NCBI RefSeq assembly: GCF_030144855.1
Contig: NC_082708.1
Coordinates: 133,300,001-133,364,000 of the forward strand
Source: Hypanus sabinus
Taxonomy: Eukaryota
DNA: 64,000 bases
Reading direction: 5' to 3'
Position 1 is the first letter of the stretch, and each line of letters opens with the position of its first letter. The notes beneath the pieces were generated by a model. It saw only the letters and a list, made by a program, of their open reading frames with translations, did not search any database and was not told the DNA's origin. The translations under genes were made by a program, and so were the position numbers. This document shows positions 1 to 11,974 of this stretch, in pieces.

Positions 1-445
1 ACCTGTGATCGTCTGGGCTGTATAATTATTTCTTGTAGGCTTTTCCATTCAAGGGTATCGGTGTTTCCGTACCAGGCTGTGATGCAATCAGTCAGTATAC
101 GCTCCACCACACATCTTTAGAAGTTTGTTAGTTTTAGGTGACATGTTGAATCTTTGCAAACTTCTAAGAAAGTAGGGGTGCTACCATGTTTTCTCTCTAA
201 CATTGCGTGCTGGACCCAGGACCCATCCTTTGAAATGATCATGCTGAGGATGTTAAAAGTTGTTGACTTCCTCCACCTCTGATCACCGATGAGTGTTGTG
301 GACACCCAGTTTCTTAGTTGTGCAGACAAGATGGTTGTTGTGGCACCGTTCAGCCAGATTTTGCTGATTCGTCACCACGTTTGGTTCAGCCAACAGCAGT
401 GGTGTCATCAGCAAACAAATATGGCATTAGAACTGTACTTAAGCA
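1..445 (-). mobile_element. Rex1/Babar-type LINE fragment (degraded)
   Basis: Resembles the other Rex1/Babar-like pieces at 25030-25705 and 48350-49000. Confidence 0.5.
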
Positions 446-3138
446 CTTCCCACAGGCTGTTATCTTCCCACATTTAACGCTTCAAAGGCATTCCCCTGTG
501 TTACCTAATAGATGTTAATCCAAAATACTGCCTGCATTTTAAGTCCTACCCACCCATTGCCTCTGAGCTGCTGAGCTACAGTGAATCCCTATCAAATAAT
601 TCTTCACATTTTAAAATCTGCAGGTTTATTTTCATATCTTTACATTTAGTTATACCTTTATTATTTCTGGCATTAAAATCATCACCTGAGCTCTCTAACA
701 TGCCTTCCCCAAATTTAATTATAACTGTATTGGGGTCTGTGCATTCAATTGCCAAGGTATTCAGTTCTGGAACTCTCTCCTTTAACCTCCCTGCCTGTGT
801 CCATCTCCCTTTGACTCTCTTTTTGTCCATCTGCTCTAATTTTCCTTTATGCGACATAGTGTCATAGTTTGGATATAGAGTGTAGTACCCTGGGATCTAT
901 ACGTCAAAGGTTCTTTATAGATTCGAGTTATCTTGCTGCAGTTAAGTTGTTGGCATCGGGGAGATACCTGAGTGGTGTGGTTTAGCCGCCAGGTCCCAAA
1001 GATGTCTGGTTAGGGTTAGTCAGTTGTGGGCATGCCGTGTTGACACTGGAAGCATGGCAACACTTGTGGGTTGCCCCCAGCACCATCCTCATTGATGCAA
1101 ATGACACATTTCATTGTGTATATGATAAATAAAGCTAATCTTCATATATTTCTGCCATGACACATGCTTCAGAATTTATGGTTCCTAGTCTTCTCCGGCC
1201 TTGTTACTGCTTCTAGTGTTTTTTTTTACTGATGGACCTTCCAACACCTACTCTGTGATCTCTGTGTGGAGTTGAGAGAAACATAAACTGATGGACATTT
1301 TCATTGTTTCTTTCTGACATCTATTTGGAAGTATCTCATTCAAAGTAAATTCCTTGAAGCTGTTTCAGCTGCTTGTTCAGAAGCTACTAACCCTCTTGTC
1401 CTGTGTGCAAGCATAAGCCAAAGAGGCTATTTTGCACTGACTATATTTGTAATCCTTTTGATTCTTAAAATATTGTGGGAGATCTGTTGTTTTTTTAAGA
1501 AAAGTTGATGGGAGATTTTGTTTACCATGGGGGTGTAACAAAAAAGAGTTTGTGAAAAAAAAAATCATAATGTGATCATAAAATTAGAACCAGGCCATTC
1601 AAGGGTGGTGTCAAGAATACTCCTTCACAAGGGTTAGTTGAAATCTGGAACAGTTCTCTCCTAAAACCTGGAAGCCATATCACTAGAGATTAATAATACT
1701 CATGTTAAATGTTATGGAACCAAGGCAGGAATATAGATTTAAAATATGGATTGCATGGTGTGATTGAATAACATCATGTGTGATGACTTAATCTTGTTGC
1801 TAGATTCTCACTATCTGCAGTATTTGTTCCAGGTAGTGCTGTCAGCAAGTGTAAGCTTTCAGTGGAGCAGGTGGCATAGCTTGAGGCCAGCTTTCCAGCC
1901 GTCGTGATGTTGGACGTTAGCACCACGCACCCAGTCAGTCACACAGCCGTAACCATGGATGCTGCTACTATTGCTCTGAATTCTGATCTCATGACCATCT
2001 GGGATAACTTGGCTACCAATGGGGGTTATCTACTGCTTACATCTTCTAGGGAGTGGAAACCAATACAATTAGGGATTTTCCCACATTGCGAGTACATCCT
2101 AATACAGTGTACTTGTTGCCTCTTTCCTCCCTCACTACACTTGTGAAACGGTTAACTAGAATTTAATTATTCCAGTAACTAAATTCACATCCTCAGGACT
2201 TTGCTGCTGAACAAGCAGATTTTTTAGAATGTTGGATGTTACTTGCATTAGTCCCCCAACATACTTTTAATACTCACTTTTTGTGTGTTGCCTGAGAGTA
2301 TAATAAATGTTATAGCGAACCCTGTGACTTAAAGGGAAATGGGACTCCAATGTGATTAAGTGAAATAAAGACCTGGTGAGGTTACAGGAACATAAAGGGC
2401 CTGTGATAAGAGGAAAAGGAATAGGGGTAATGGAGACCCTTTTATTTAAAGGGAAAGTGGGAAACAGCTGGAAATGGTACTAAGTGAGCTGCCTACTGAA
2501 CCCTCAGAATTCTCACACAATGGTTCAGCATCCTTTATGAAGCAATGCAATGGGAATTTTTCTGTTTGACCGTGAAAGTTGCTACAGTGGAGAGCTTTCC
2601 TCTCCATCTTCAGTGTCCACTTCTGATGGGTCAGCTGGAACAAACCCTGACTGTTTTGTCTCTGTCTACTCTATAATGTGGCCTTTGTGGGTTACTCATT
2701 GTGTTAGGGATTAATTATTTTGGGACAGGTTATGATTGATTCTTCCAAGGGTTTAAAAGCCAATGTTCATGTTGGGTTCTGCATTCATCAGTAGAAGTGT
2801 TGGAAACTTATAGCTTTCTCAAAATCATTTCAGAACTGGTGATGAACTGTCGAATGGAATAGCCTGTCTCTATGCGGTAAATATGATATTCATTATATAT
2901 TATGTGATTTTTGAAAGTGTTATACTATGTTGGAAAAAGAACTTTATCTGTTATGCTAAGAGAATATAGCAAGTGTATCCGATAAAAGGATCAAGAGTGA
3001 CAGGATGTTTGTGATTGAGGTGGAAAAAACAATAGAGATGGTGCCAGGGTATCATGTTCTCTGTGACTCTTTTCTCTTTTTTTGAAAAGTGTGCCAGTGG
3101 AATTTTTATATCTATCTAAAACTATAGATAGAGCATGG

Positions 3139-3263
3139 ACACGAGGAAATCTGCAGATGCTGGAAATTCAAGCAACACACACAAAATGCTGGTGGAACGC
3201 AGCAGGCCGGGCAGCATCTATAGGAAGAAACTCTGTCGACGTTTCAGGCTGAGACCCTTCATC
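3139..3263 (-). mobile_element. Short Penelope-derived insert with hammerhead core, 13-bp TSD
   Basis: AGATAGAGCATGG at 3126-3138 and 3264-3276; minus strand CTGATGA-A-GGGTCTCAGCCT-GAAA-CGTC-GAC. Confidence 0.8.
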
Positions 3264-3741
3264 AGATAGAGCATGGGCTTGTGTTCCCATCTGAAATTGG
3301 CACCAGCAAAATTTCCTTAGCACTGTACTAGAATATCACTTACTTTGCTGGTTTTTGCCTGAATTGAAACTGTAATGTTAAGATGCAGAGAGAAGAATAC
3401 TCCTCCTTGCACCATAGCTGTCATTGGAAACTGAAATTTGCCCTTGCTCTATTCACTTTGCACTGGTGGATTTTGACATTTCGTCCCCGTTTATGTATTT
3501 GCTTACTGTTTTGGAACCGTTTTTGTGTGTAATTGGTTGTAGCTAACTTTGTAAAAGCAAAAGCGGGGAAGATGCATCAGTTATTTCAAGAATGACATCT
3601 ATGTATACAGCTGATGACTATTATGACATAATCTGGATGAATATTTAATGCCACTCCACCAGCCATTCCTGCAGTCAGAACCAGTCTCTTGAGGACGGGG
3701 AAGTGGAGTGTGTCTCATTATGCATTCTCTTTAATATTTAG

Positions 3742-3943
3742 CACACTGGAAGGAAATTGCATTGATGATGCTTTGCAAGGTCAAGCTGTATACACCTACG
3801 AGGATGGAAGCAGCCTTCATGGTACCTACATTGATGGAGAATTGAATGGCATTGCTCAGGAATATGACTCGGAAGGACGTTTGACCTTCAGGGGTCAGTA
3901 CAGGGACAATGTTCGATGGGGTGTTTGCTGGATGTATTTTCTG
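3742..3943 (+). CDS. SETD7: SETD7 (SET7/9 lysine monomethyltransferase), internal coding exon with MORN repeats; upstream exons lie before the window
   Basis: AG at 3740-41, GT at 3944; translates TLEGNCIDDALQGQAVYTYEDGSSLHGTYIDGELNGIAQEYDSEGRLTFRGQYRDNVRWGVCWMYFL, matching SETD7 MORN repeats. Confidence 0.95.
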
Positions 3944-4494
3944 GTAAGTTTCATCTGAATGACCAGTGTGCTTCAAATCCTCTCTTTGATCCTGTTGGAT
4001 TGCCAAAGGAATGGAGTGTTTTTTTTATCTTGGGGTCTCAATAGGTAGAAGGAAAAATAATTTTCATTTTCCCTTCCTGTAGTATTAAAAAAAACTGCAG
4101 TGTTTGAATATACCTAATGGTAAAATACTCTGCCAGTGGCTGGACGTTTGTTTAGGAATTGAGTAATAATTTGAGTAGAGTTTAGGATGACTAGTAGGCC
4201 CACCAGCAATTACTGTCTTCAGGCAAAAGTTGTATAAAAGTTGATGTGCAGTCGGGGTTGCATAATGATAAGTGGTTCCTTCATGTAGTTTCTCACACTA
4301 GCAAAGGATTTCATCAGCTGCTTTTATAACTTTACCAGAAGTGACGCAGTTGTATATAGAAAGCAAGCTTTGGAGACATTACAGTGAAATTACATTGAGA
4401 TGCATGAGGAACTCTGATATTAACAGCCCAATACCTTTGCTTGGGCAAACAGCAAAACATTGTCATACTGATGACTAATGATCTTGTTTGACAG

Positions 4495-4684
4495 GATGGA
4501 GGCTGCCTTGTAGGTGAGGTGAATGAAGATGGTGAGATGACTGGTGATAAAATAGCATATGTTTACCCCGAGGGCAGGATGGCATTGCTTGGAAAATTTG
4601 TCGATGGGGAGTTTATCGAAGGACACCTAGCAACTCTGAAGTGTGTAACTGAAGGGAAACCTCAGTTTGAACTGGTACCAGATG
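4495..4684 (+). CDS. SETD7: SETD7 coding exon
   Basis: acag|GAT...GATG|gtaaga; [43 protein letters not shown]...; phases compatible with flanking exons. Confidence 0.95.
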
Positions 4685-6156
4685 GTAAGACATTTTTAAG
4701 TTACGTAACCTAACAATGCCACCTATGCTTTCAGTAGACTACATGCTTTGTGAAAATTCCAAGCCTTTATGAAAAGACATTAAAATCTAGAATATGACAT
4801 TAAAATCAAAAACTTTTATTTAAAAAATGACATATTTGACAACTTTACCAGATACGGAGTTGTGTGATGATTCAAGCATCACATATTGGGGGGAGAATGG
4901 AGAAGATATGCTGATGATAATTAGGGAGCGAAGGAGCATGATGTTGTTGGTTTGACCCATGGTATCAATGGTAATTGACTTTAATTTTCTACCTCCAGTT
5001 ACAGCACTAAAATACATGACAGTATAGCACTGCTCAGGCCATCTGACCCATGAATGTTTCTTTCCTTTTGGTTGTGTGCAGTTTCTATTGAATTTGCTGC
5101 GTTTGTTTGCATCTGTTGTGAATGCCCCCAAGAAAATGGATCTCCACGGTAGTATATGGTATATATGTACGTTGATGATTAATTTACTCTGAGCTTTGAT
5201 GTTCTGCTGATCTTTTTGCTAATTTAGTTAAACCCTCCTGTGTAGCACTTGCAAGTCTCCAGGCAAGGATATAGGTTTCCTTCCAGTTTAGATACAAACT
5301 GTCTTGTTCGTACAGATATCAATTGCTTTGGACCAATGATCTCAACACATTAATCTGCAGTAGCATCTTAGCCATATATTGAACTGCACTATGAATCTAT
5401 TTCTCACCTCACTATCACGTAGCACAAGTAGAAATCTTGAGACAGCAACCCTGGTAGTCCCGCTCTTTTTAATTTTCTACCTAACTCTCCAAACTCACTT
5501 TCCAGGACCTTATCCCTACTCCTGCTTATAATCAATATAGTTAATTGATTTTCATGAGACATTTTCCCACATATAAACCATAAGATGACAGACTGAGGAA
5601 AAGGTGGTAGAATGGGGTGAGAGGGAAAATAAGTCAGTCTTAATTGAATGGCCGAGCAAACTCAATGGATCAAATGACCTAATGCTGCTTCCATGTCTTG
5701 TGATGTTATGGACTGGCACGTGCTGCATTTTCCATGATTATCTTACTCACACACATCACACTTTGGCTTATGTATTTATTTATTGACTACGTCTTGGTCT
5801 GTTTTCAATGGTGCAAAGAATATGGTCCCAAAGAGTGCTGCTCATGAACTGCCAGACTCCAAATATTTTTATTTGATGTTGAGTTCACAGCCAAAGGGCT
5901 GTAATGAATAAACAGTGGATCAAGTGCTATGGTCACTGTGTGCAAAAGAATTCTAAACTTTGTAGACCTAACTTAAAGTTGTTAACTGAGATGTATCAGC
6001 CTGTTTCATTTTGTATACCACCATTTAGAAAGGAATTCGTAAATGTACTTTGGTATCCTGGAAATGTATGGCAACGAAGTAGGCCATTTGGTCTATCCAT
6101 TAATGATGGTTAAACATGGACCCTTGTAATTCCACTTTCAAACTCAACCCATGATC

Positions 6157-6379
6157 ACAAGCAAAAGAAAATCTGTAGATGCTGGAAATCCGAGCAACAC
6201 ACACAAAATGTTGGAGGAGCTCAGCAGGCCAGGCAGCTTCTATGGAAAAGAGTACAGTTGACGCTTTGGGCCGAGACCTTTCATCAGGACTGGAGGAAAA
6301 AATGAGAAGGAATCAGAGTTAGAAGGTGTGTGGGGGTGGTGTTAGGGGAGGAAGAAATACAAGGTGATTGGTGAAACTG
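6157..6379 (-). mobile_element. Penelope-derived 3' terminal fragment
   Basis: Same terminal sequence as 3139-3263 and 22060-22190, degenerate hammerhead at 6255-6292, purine-rich tract. Confidence 0.7.
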
Positions 6380-7292
6380 CCTGGGAGCAAGATATAAATA
6401 CTTCAATGTCAGAGGAGGTATGGGATGAAGTCCTCAAATTAGTTAACTCAGCCTCTTTTATGTGCCCACCACTGCCTGTCACAGTTCAAGGTCGTACACA
6501 GGGCCCATATGTCTAAAACTAAATTATCTCGCATTTACCCAGATGTTAATCCCTGTTGCGACAAATGCAAAAGGAGCGAGGCTTCCCTTATTCACATGTA
6601 CTGGACATGTCCTAGCTTGGGAAAATACTGGAAACATGTCTTCCAAACTCTATCCCAAATACTTAATTTCAATCTGGAACCTAACCCTTTGATTACCCTT
6701 TTCGGCAACTCCGGAGAGGGGAACACGTACATAAGTCCCACTAAACATCGCACACTGTCTTTTGCCTCTCTTTTGGCCAGGTGTGCAGTTTTGCTCAGGT
6801 GAAGGGATGCTGCCCCACCCACCCACGTTCAGTGGCTCAGGGACATCATGTCCAGTCTATACCTTGAGAAGATCCACTACTCAATCCTCAAATTGGAAAT
6901 AAAGTTCCAAAAAGGGTGGGGACCCTTTCTTGAATATTTTCAAAATTCACAGCCAGACTAAAGGTTCCATTCTTTCTCCCTTTCCTCAGTACATTATTCC
7001 CTGACCTCCAGCATTTTCTGGTAAATCTTTTCGGTCTCAGATTTGTTATCATACAACAGCCTTTGCATTAGAAAAATACACCTTCTCTTTACCAATGCAG
7101 CTCTGTGGGGACAAAGGTTCTGTTTAACCCTTTTTGCCAATGCATTGATGGCTTGAAGTTGGAGACTGGGAGGGGTGGGGTAATGATATTTGTACTATCT
7201 CTTCTGTGAATGTGAATTGTACATTTGTTACATCTGTTATGCACTGCACAATTCTCCTTTACGCTGTGTTCTGTTTATTTAAAAAAACAGTA
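6380..7292 (+). mobile_element. L1-clade LINE 3' fragment (ORF2 C-terminal CCHC region plus 3'UTR)
   Basis: DVNPCCDKCKRSEASLIHMYWTCPSLGKYW (C-x2-C-x8-H-x4-C knuckle typical of L1 ORF2); ends in A-rich tail. Confidence 0.75.
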
Positions 7293-7770
7293 AAAATATG
7301 TGAAGAATGTGTGAAAACAGAAGAAGAAATGCGAAGGAACAGTTTCAAATTGTGGATATTTAAGTGCAAAGCTTCACTGAAAATGTAGAGATCTTCAGGT
7401 CTGTGGTGTGGCGTATAGAGATAGAAAAGAGTGAAGCCATTGAAGGAATCTGCAACAAAGAATTTCACAATTAAGATTTTGCTGGGTGCCAGTTTAGGTC
7501 AATAAGCACAGGGATGATGGAAGAATGGGACCTGGTATGAGGTAGGAGATGGGAAGTGGTGTTCTGCGTGAAACAAATGTGTGCAGATTATTGGGTAGAA
7601 AATTGGTCAATAGACAATAAAAATATTCAGTGAGAAAATTAGATTCTCAATGAAATTACCTTAATAGGCATTTTTAAATTAAATACAGATTGTTGACATA
7701 TATGAAAAATATGACATATTGCCATCAAACCTGATCAACTGTCATATTTAATACTCTCTTTTTACAACAG

Positions 7771-7852
7771 GCCCAGTCTACAGCTTGGACAAGTCCACTC
7801 CGTTTTGCATTTCCACTAAATGTCTCCTGGCTGACCCTTATGAAAATGAGAG
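7771..7852 (+). CDS. SETD7: SETD7 coding exon
   Basis: caacag|GC...AG|gt; (G)PVYSLDKSTPFCISTKCLLADPYENE(R). Confidence 0.92.
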
Positions 7853-8858
7853 GTTATTCAAATTTCTTCTTTCTTTTATCGTTCTAATGAAATTATTTAT
7901 TCTTAAGGAAAATATTGGTGAATGATTTTTAATTTAATGAGACAGAGAAACAAATTTTTCCACCCAGATTTTTAAATACTCGGTGTTCAGCAACATCTGA
8001 CAAAAAAAGCATTTCTTGGTTTAATACGTTTAACTAGTGTGCTTTAATCTTCATATATAAGTGTATAGGTTACGTATTTTGTTTCTGAATGTATTCTCTT
8101 TGAGGTTATGCCTCTTTCTACCTTTTGGGTCAGTCTTCTGTTTTCTGTTCATTTGTGGGAAGAAATTAATTCCTTTGCTTCCATTTCCTCTTGGGAAGAG
8201 GCATATTTTAAGATATCTTCCTGCAAATTTCTGTGTGCATAATTCCTCTTTCTTTCTGTTCTTGTAATCCTTCTTAACTATCTACTCAACTTCACTTAGT
8301 ACTTTGTTTCAACTAACTCAGTTTTTATTAAATATATTGAAATTCTTGACAAAGTTGGGAAAGGCACAAAAATCACTTCATTGGTGTATTAAGTATCTTC
8401 ACGGTATTGTAATGAATAGTGTCAAACAATACTGATGAGAAAGAACAATTACTAAAGATGGAGAGGAAGTTGCAACTTCTATTCATAGGAATGAGCGTGT
8501 GAACATACATCAGATTTTTGAATTTGGTAATATTATGGAAGTTTGTTCATACGAGTGTCTGGCATTGTCAGACATTGTAACCCAGGGACAGCCTGTATTA
8601 TGAAAAGTAGTATGGAAATTATTAGTTATCATTCACTTCACTTATGAATTTGGACCACTGAATTCAGAAGCGATGGTTTTCCTTTTCATGTCTTTCAACA
8701 TAGTATGTACACAGAATATTTAAGCTGAAAGTCAGCCACAAAACTGAAGCTTTGTCAGAGTTGCCATCTACCAACTCTATTAGCTACCTTTTTGAGGCTT
8801 GGTTTTGTCTGTTGTGGTTATAGCTGTGCAATCCCTTTTTACTGGGTGTCTCTAAGGT

Positions 8859-9505
8859 TGTAACTCGTTAGCCCCTCACTAACAGCCACTGGACTCAGTG
8901 GTGAGAAAACTACCTTCCTCTAGGCTCCATACGTCTAGAATTGATATGACTAGGGGTCGCATCAAACCTGGGAAGTTGGAATGTCTCGTCCACCTGAATC
9001 CCAATCGGTGTGAAGACTGTGTAATTATTGCTCCCATGCAATTGCCTGTCAGCAAGAAATAACAGATGCTGTATACAATTATAAAGAAAGTGTATTTATG
9101 AATGTTAACTTAGCCAAACCATTATTAAAGAAGAAAGGAAAAAACAAAAGGACCCATCATAATTAAAAGTCAAATATGCACAAGGTTGGAGCTGAAATTG
9201 CACATTCCAGTTGCATCGAATCCTACAGCCGATCTTCTCAAGCTTCTTCTCTCTCCATCTCCTGCCTAAAGGACCTCAACCTGCTCAAAGTCTGTCACAA
9301 GAACCTCTACTCCTAGATTCTGTAGAACCTTATCTCAATTCCACCTTCCTGATTGGATGACACAACATTCCCAAGAATGAACATCACAACTCCGTATCGT
9401 TATTGGTAACCCAAACACTACCAGCAGAACACACTACTTCTATGGAACACCATTAAATGAAATACCCTATAGTATTAACAGTAAAGTCCTAACCAGTGCG
9501 TTACA
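8859..9505. mobile_element. Possible solo LTR
   Basis: TGTAAC...GTTACA termini; no clear TSD. Confidence 0.35.
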
Positions 9506-9796
9506 ACTGCAAGAAGTAGATGAGTGTAACTAAATGGTTACATGGCCAGAATATTACCCTCAATAGTCCCAAATACCAGAAACTTAAAGCTGCACTATTA
9601 TGCATTTAGCAGGGCAGGTAAAGGATGAATTGCAGGCAAGAGCTTTTACATTCCTGTCCTCATAGTTCCTTTTTACAAGTAGGCTGTTTGTAAACAAATA
9701 ATTGTAAACCATTATAATTATAATTTGAATGTTGAAGCAATTGTTATATTTTTGACAAAGAGCATGTGTAAATGTTTCTTGTTTCTCCTGAAATAG

Positions 9797-9914
9797 GGTA
9801 TATGTTGCTGAATCACTTATCCCTAATGCTGGGGAAGGTTTGTTTGCAAAAATAGCAGCAGAACCTGACACAGTCATGGCTTTCTATAATGGAGTACGGA
9901 TAACACATGAGGAG
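9797..9914 (+). CDS. SETD7: SETD7 coding exon (start of SET domain)
   Basis: aatag|G...GAG|gtaaga; VYVAESLIPNAGEGLFAKIAAEPDTVMAFYNGVRITHEE (GxGLF and FYNG motifs). Confidence 0.95.
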
Positions 9915-10021
9915 GTAAGAGGCGGTCATGCAGCCTTCTAGTGAAGAGATAAGTCTGCTTAAGAAAATAGCAGGTTAATTTGTATAAAGTTAATTCATAT
10001 AAAGTAAATTCACCTAAATGT

Positions 10022-10231
10022 TGAATGAACTTTTCTTGGGCTTCCAGCAGGATACAGTTGTTGATTATAACCAATTTCAATGACAAATGCTGCCATCTTC
10101 AAGTATCATTCCAGAAGAAGATGGCAGAGTTTGCCATCAAAACGTTGGTTATAATTGATACCAGTACCTGGCCAGAAGCCTGAGAAGAATTTATTTGTCA
10201 TATAAGCCGGGAAGTCACTAGATCTTTTTTT
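10022..10231. mobile_element. Inverted-repeat insert (second Penelope-like family) with 13-bp TSD in SETD7 intron
   Basis: TTCACCTAAATGT at 10009-10021 and 10232-10244; internal inverted repeat; hammerhead-like GATGGCA/TGCCATC stem. Confidence 0.7.
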
Positions 10232-10257
10232 TTCACCTAAATGTGTTTTCTTACCAG

Positions 10258-10415
10258 GTAGATTCTAGAGACTGGTCACTGAATAGCAATACCATATCAC
10301 TTGATGATGATACTGTGATTGATGTCCCTGAGCCTTATAACAGTACAAAGCAGTACTGTGCATCATTGGGGCACAAAGCAAATCACTCCTTTACTCCCAA
10401 TTGTATTTATGCCAC
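10258..10415 (+). CDS. SETD7: SETD7 coding exon (SET domain, NHS motif)
   Basis: ccag|GTA...AC|gtaagt; VDSRDWSLNSNTISLDDDTVIDVPEPYNSTKQYCASLGHKANHSFTPNCIYA. Confidence 0.95.
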
Positions 10416-11793
10416 GTAAGTAGTCATGTCTCAGTAATTGATTGTTACTGGATGTGGGAAGGGAAGGCTGCTAATGCACAATATGCATTTGTTAATTTAT
10501 CATCTCAAGGAGAGAGGGCAATTAAATTATACTGTACATTAGAAAAATTCTAATGGCATGACCTATAGATTTGTGCACAACTTTGTCAAAGTATGTTCAA
10601 TTGCAGTCCCATACCTGATTCTACACTTGAAAACAGATGTCTCATTATATATTGAATCAGTTACAGCATTGAATGCTCTGACTCCACCTTGAACACCATC
10701 TCCACCCCAATCCAGTTAGACCATGCTTTGGTCTGCTGATGGCTGCTCTTTGTAAAAGAGTGTATATAGCCTCTCCTTCTGGCCTTCGCAGCAGTACTGC
10801 AGCCTGCTGGCCTTACTTACAAACTCTGTAAACCCCCAGCTTTTATCTAAATGTATCTTTTATATAAATTTTCTCTGCCCCAGTTGGTTGAGTTGCATTG
10901 GTTGGTTCGTGAAATAAGACTAGGGTTTAAGCCTGATGGTCTTTAAGTGTGTGTTCTACGTAAACTTCTGCTTCTGAAGAATTGTAGAACATAAGCACGG
11001 TGTTTTATGGATCTCCCTTATTATCCTCAATTGGTGAATCCTGGATGCTGAATATGGGGAGAAATAGAACTCTAGAAGGAACAGGCCCTCCTCAGTTTAT
11101 CAACACCTGACAAATGTACAGCTCATACACACGAGCGAACATTTGGGAGACTGCTGTATGGATATGCTGGCTTCTGCAGGGCTGGAGAGAACTTCTGCCG
11201 TCAAGTAACTCAGTTCATGACTTGCCAACTGTTTTGGTTGTGAACAGTTCAACAGGAATGGAACCCTGTGATAACCTGGAAGCCAGCAAGTCAGGCATCA
11301 TTTGTGAAGGGGAGAAAACAGTTGACATCAATGTTTTTGGCCACAGCTCTGCATCAGGACTGGGGAAGGGTCTCAGCCCAAAACATTGTCTGTTTATTCC
11401 CCTCTACAGATACTACCTGACCTGGATTTTGTGTATGTTGCTTAAGATTGTTCGCAGAGTCTCCTGGAAATAACTTGTATAAAAGTGGGGTTGGGGGCAT
11501 GTTTAGGGTTTGATTGATTGAAAAAGCAACTTTACTATACTATTTTGAATTTGACCTATTTATAAATTGGATTCAAAATAGATGAAAGCTCCGTTGACTG
11601 AAATTGCACACTTTCACGAACAGCATTGTGATTTCTACATTTTAGATATTCTGAAATAAAAGTCAATACAGCAATTTTCCATCAAAATAATTTTCAGTTT
11701 AATTGTTTTAGAGATTCTGATAATTTTGTGGTATACTTAAGTAAAATATTCAGATAAAAATTATTATTTCTGAGACTTTTTTTTTAAATTAAG

Positions 11794-11974
11794 GTTTATT
11801 CATCCTCGGTTTGGACCTGTTAAATGCATCCGTACTATCCGGGCAGTCCAGAGGGATGAAGAACTGACAGTAGATTATGGGTACGATCATTATTCTGCAG
11901 GCAAGGGTGGTCCAGAAGCTCCTGACTGGTACAAGATTGAACTGCAGGCCTTCCAACATAATCAGCGGAAATGA
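11794..11974 (+). CDS. SETD7: SETD7 last coding exon
   Basis: aag|G TTT ATT CAT CCT CGG...; FIHPRFGPVKCIRTIRAVQRDEELTVDYGYDH...PEAPDWYKIELQAFQHNQRK*; TGA at 11972-74, followed by AT-rich 3'UTR with AATAAA near 13112 and 13789. Confidence 0.95.

Noticed and set aside
3742-11974. Altered SETD7 specificity
   Set aside because: FYNG, NHS, CIY and YGY catalytic motifs are all conserved; ordinary orthologue
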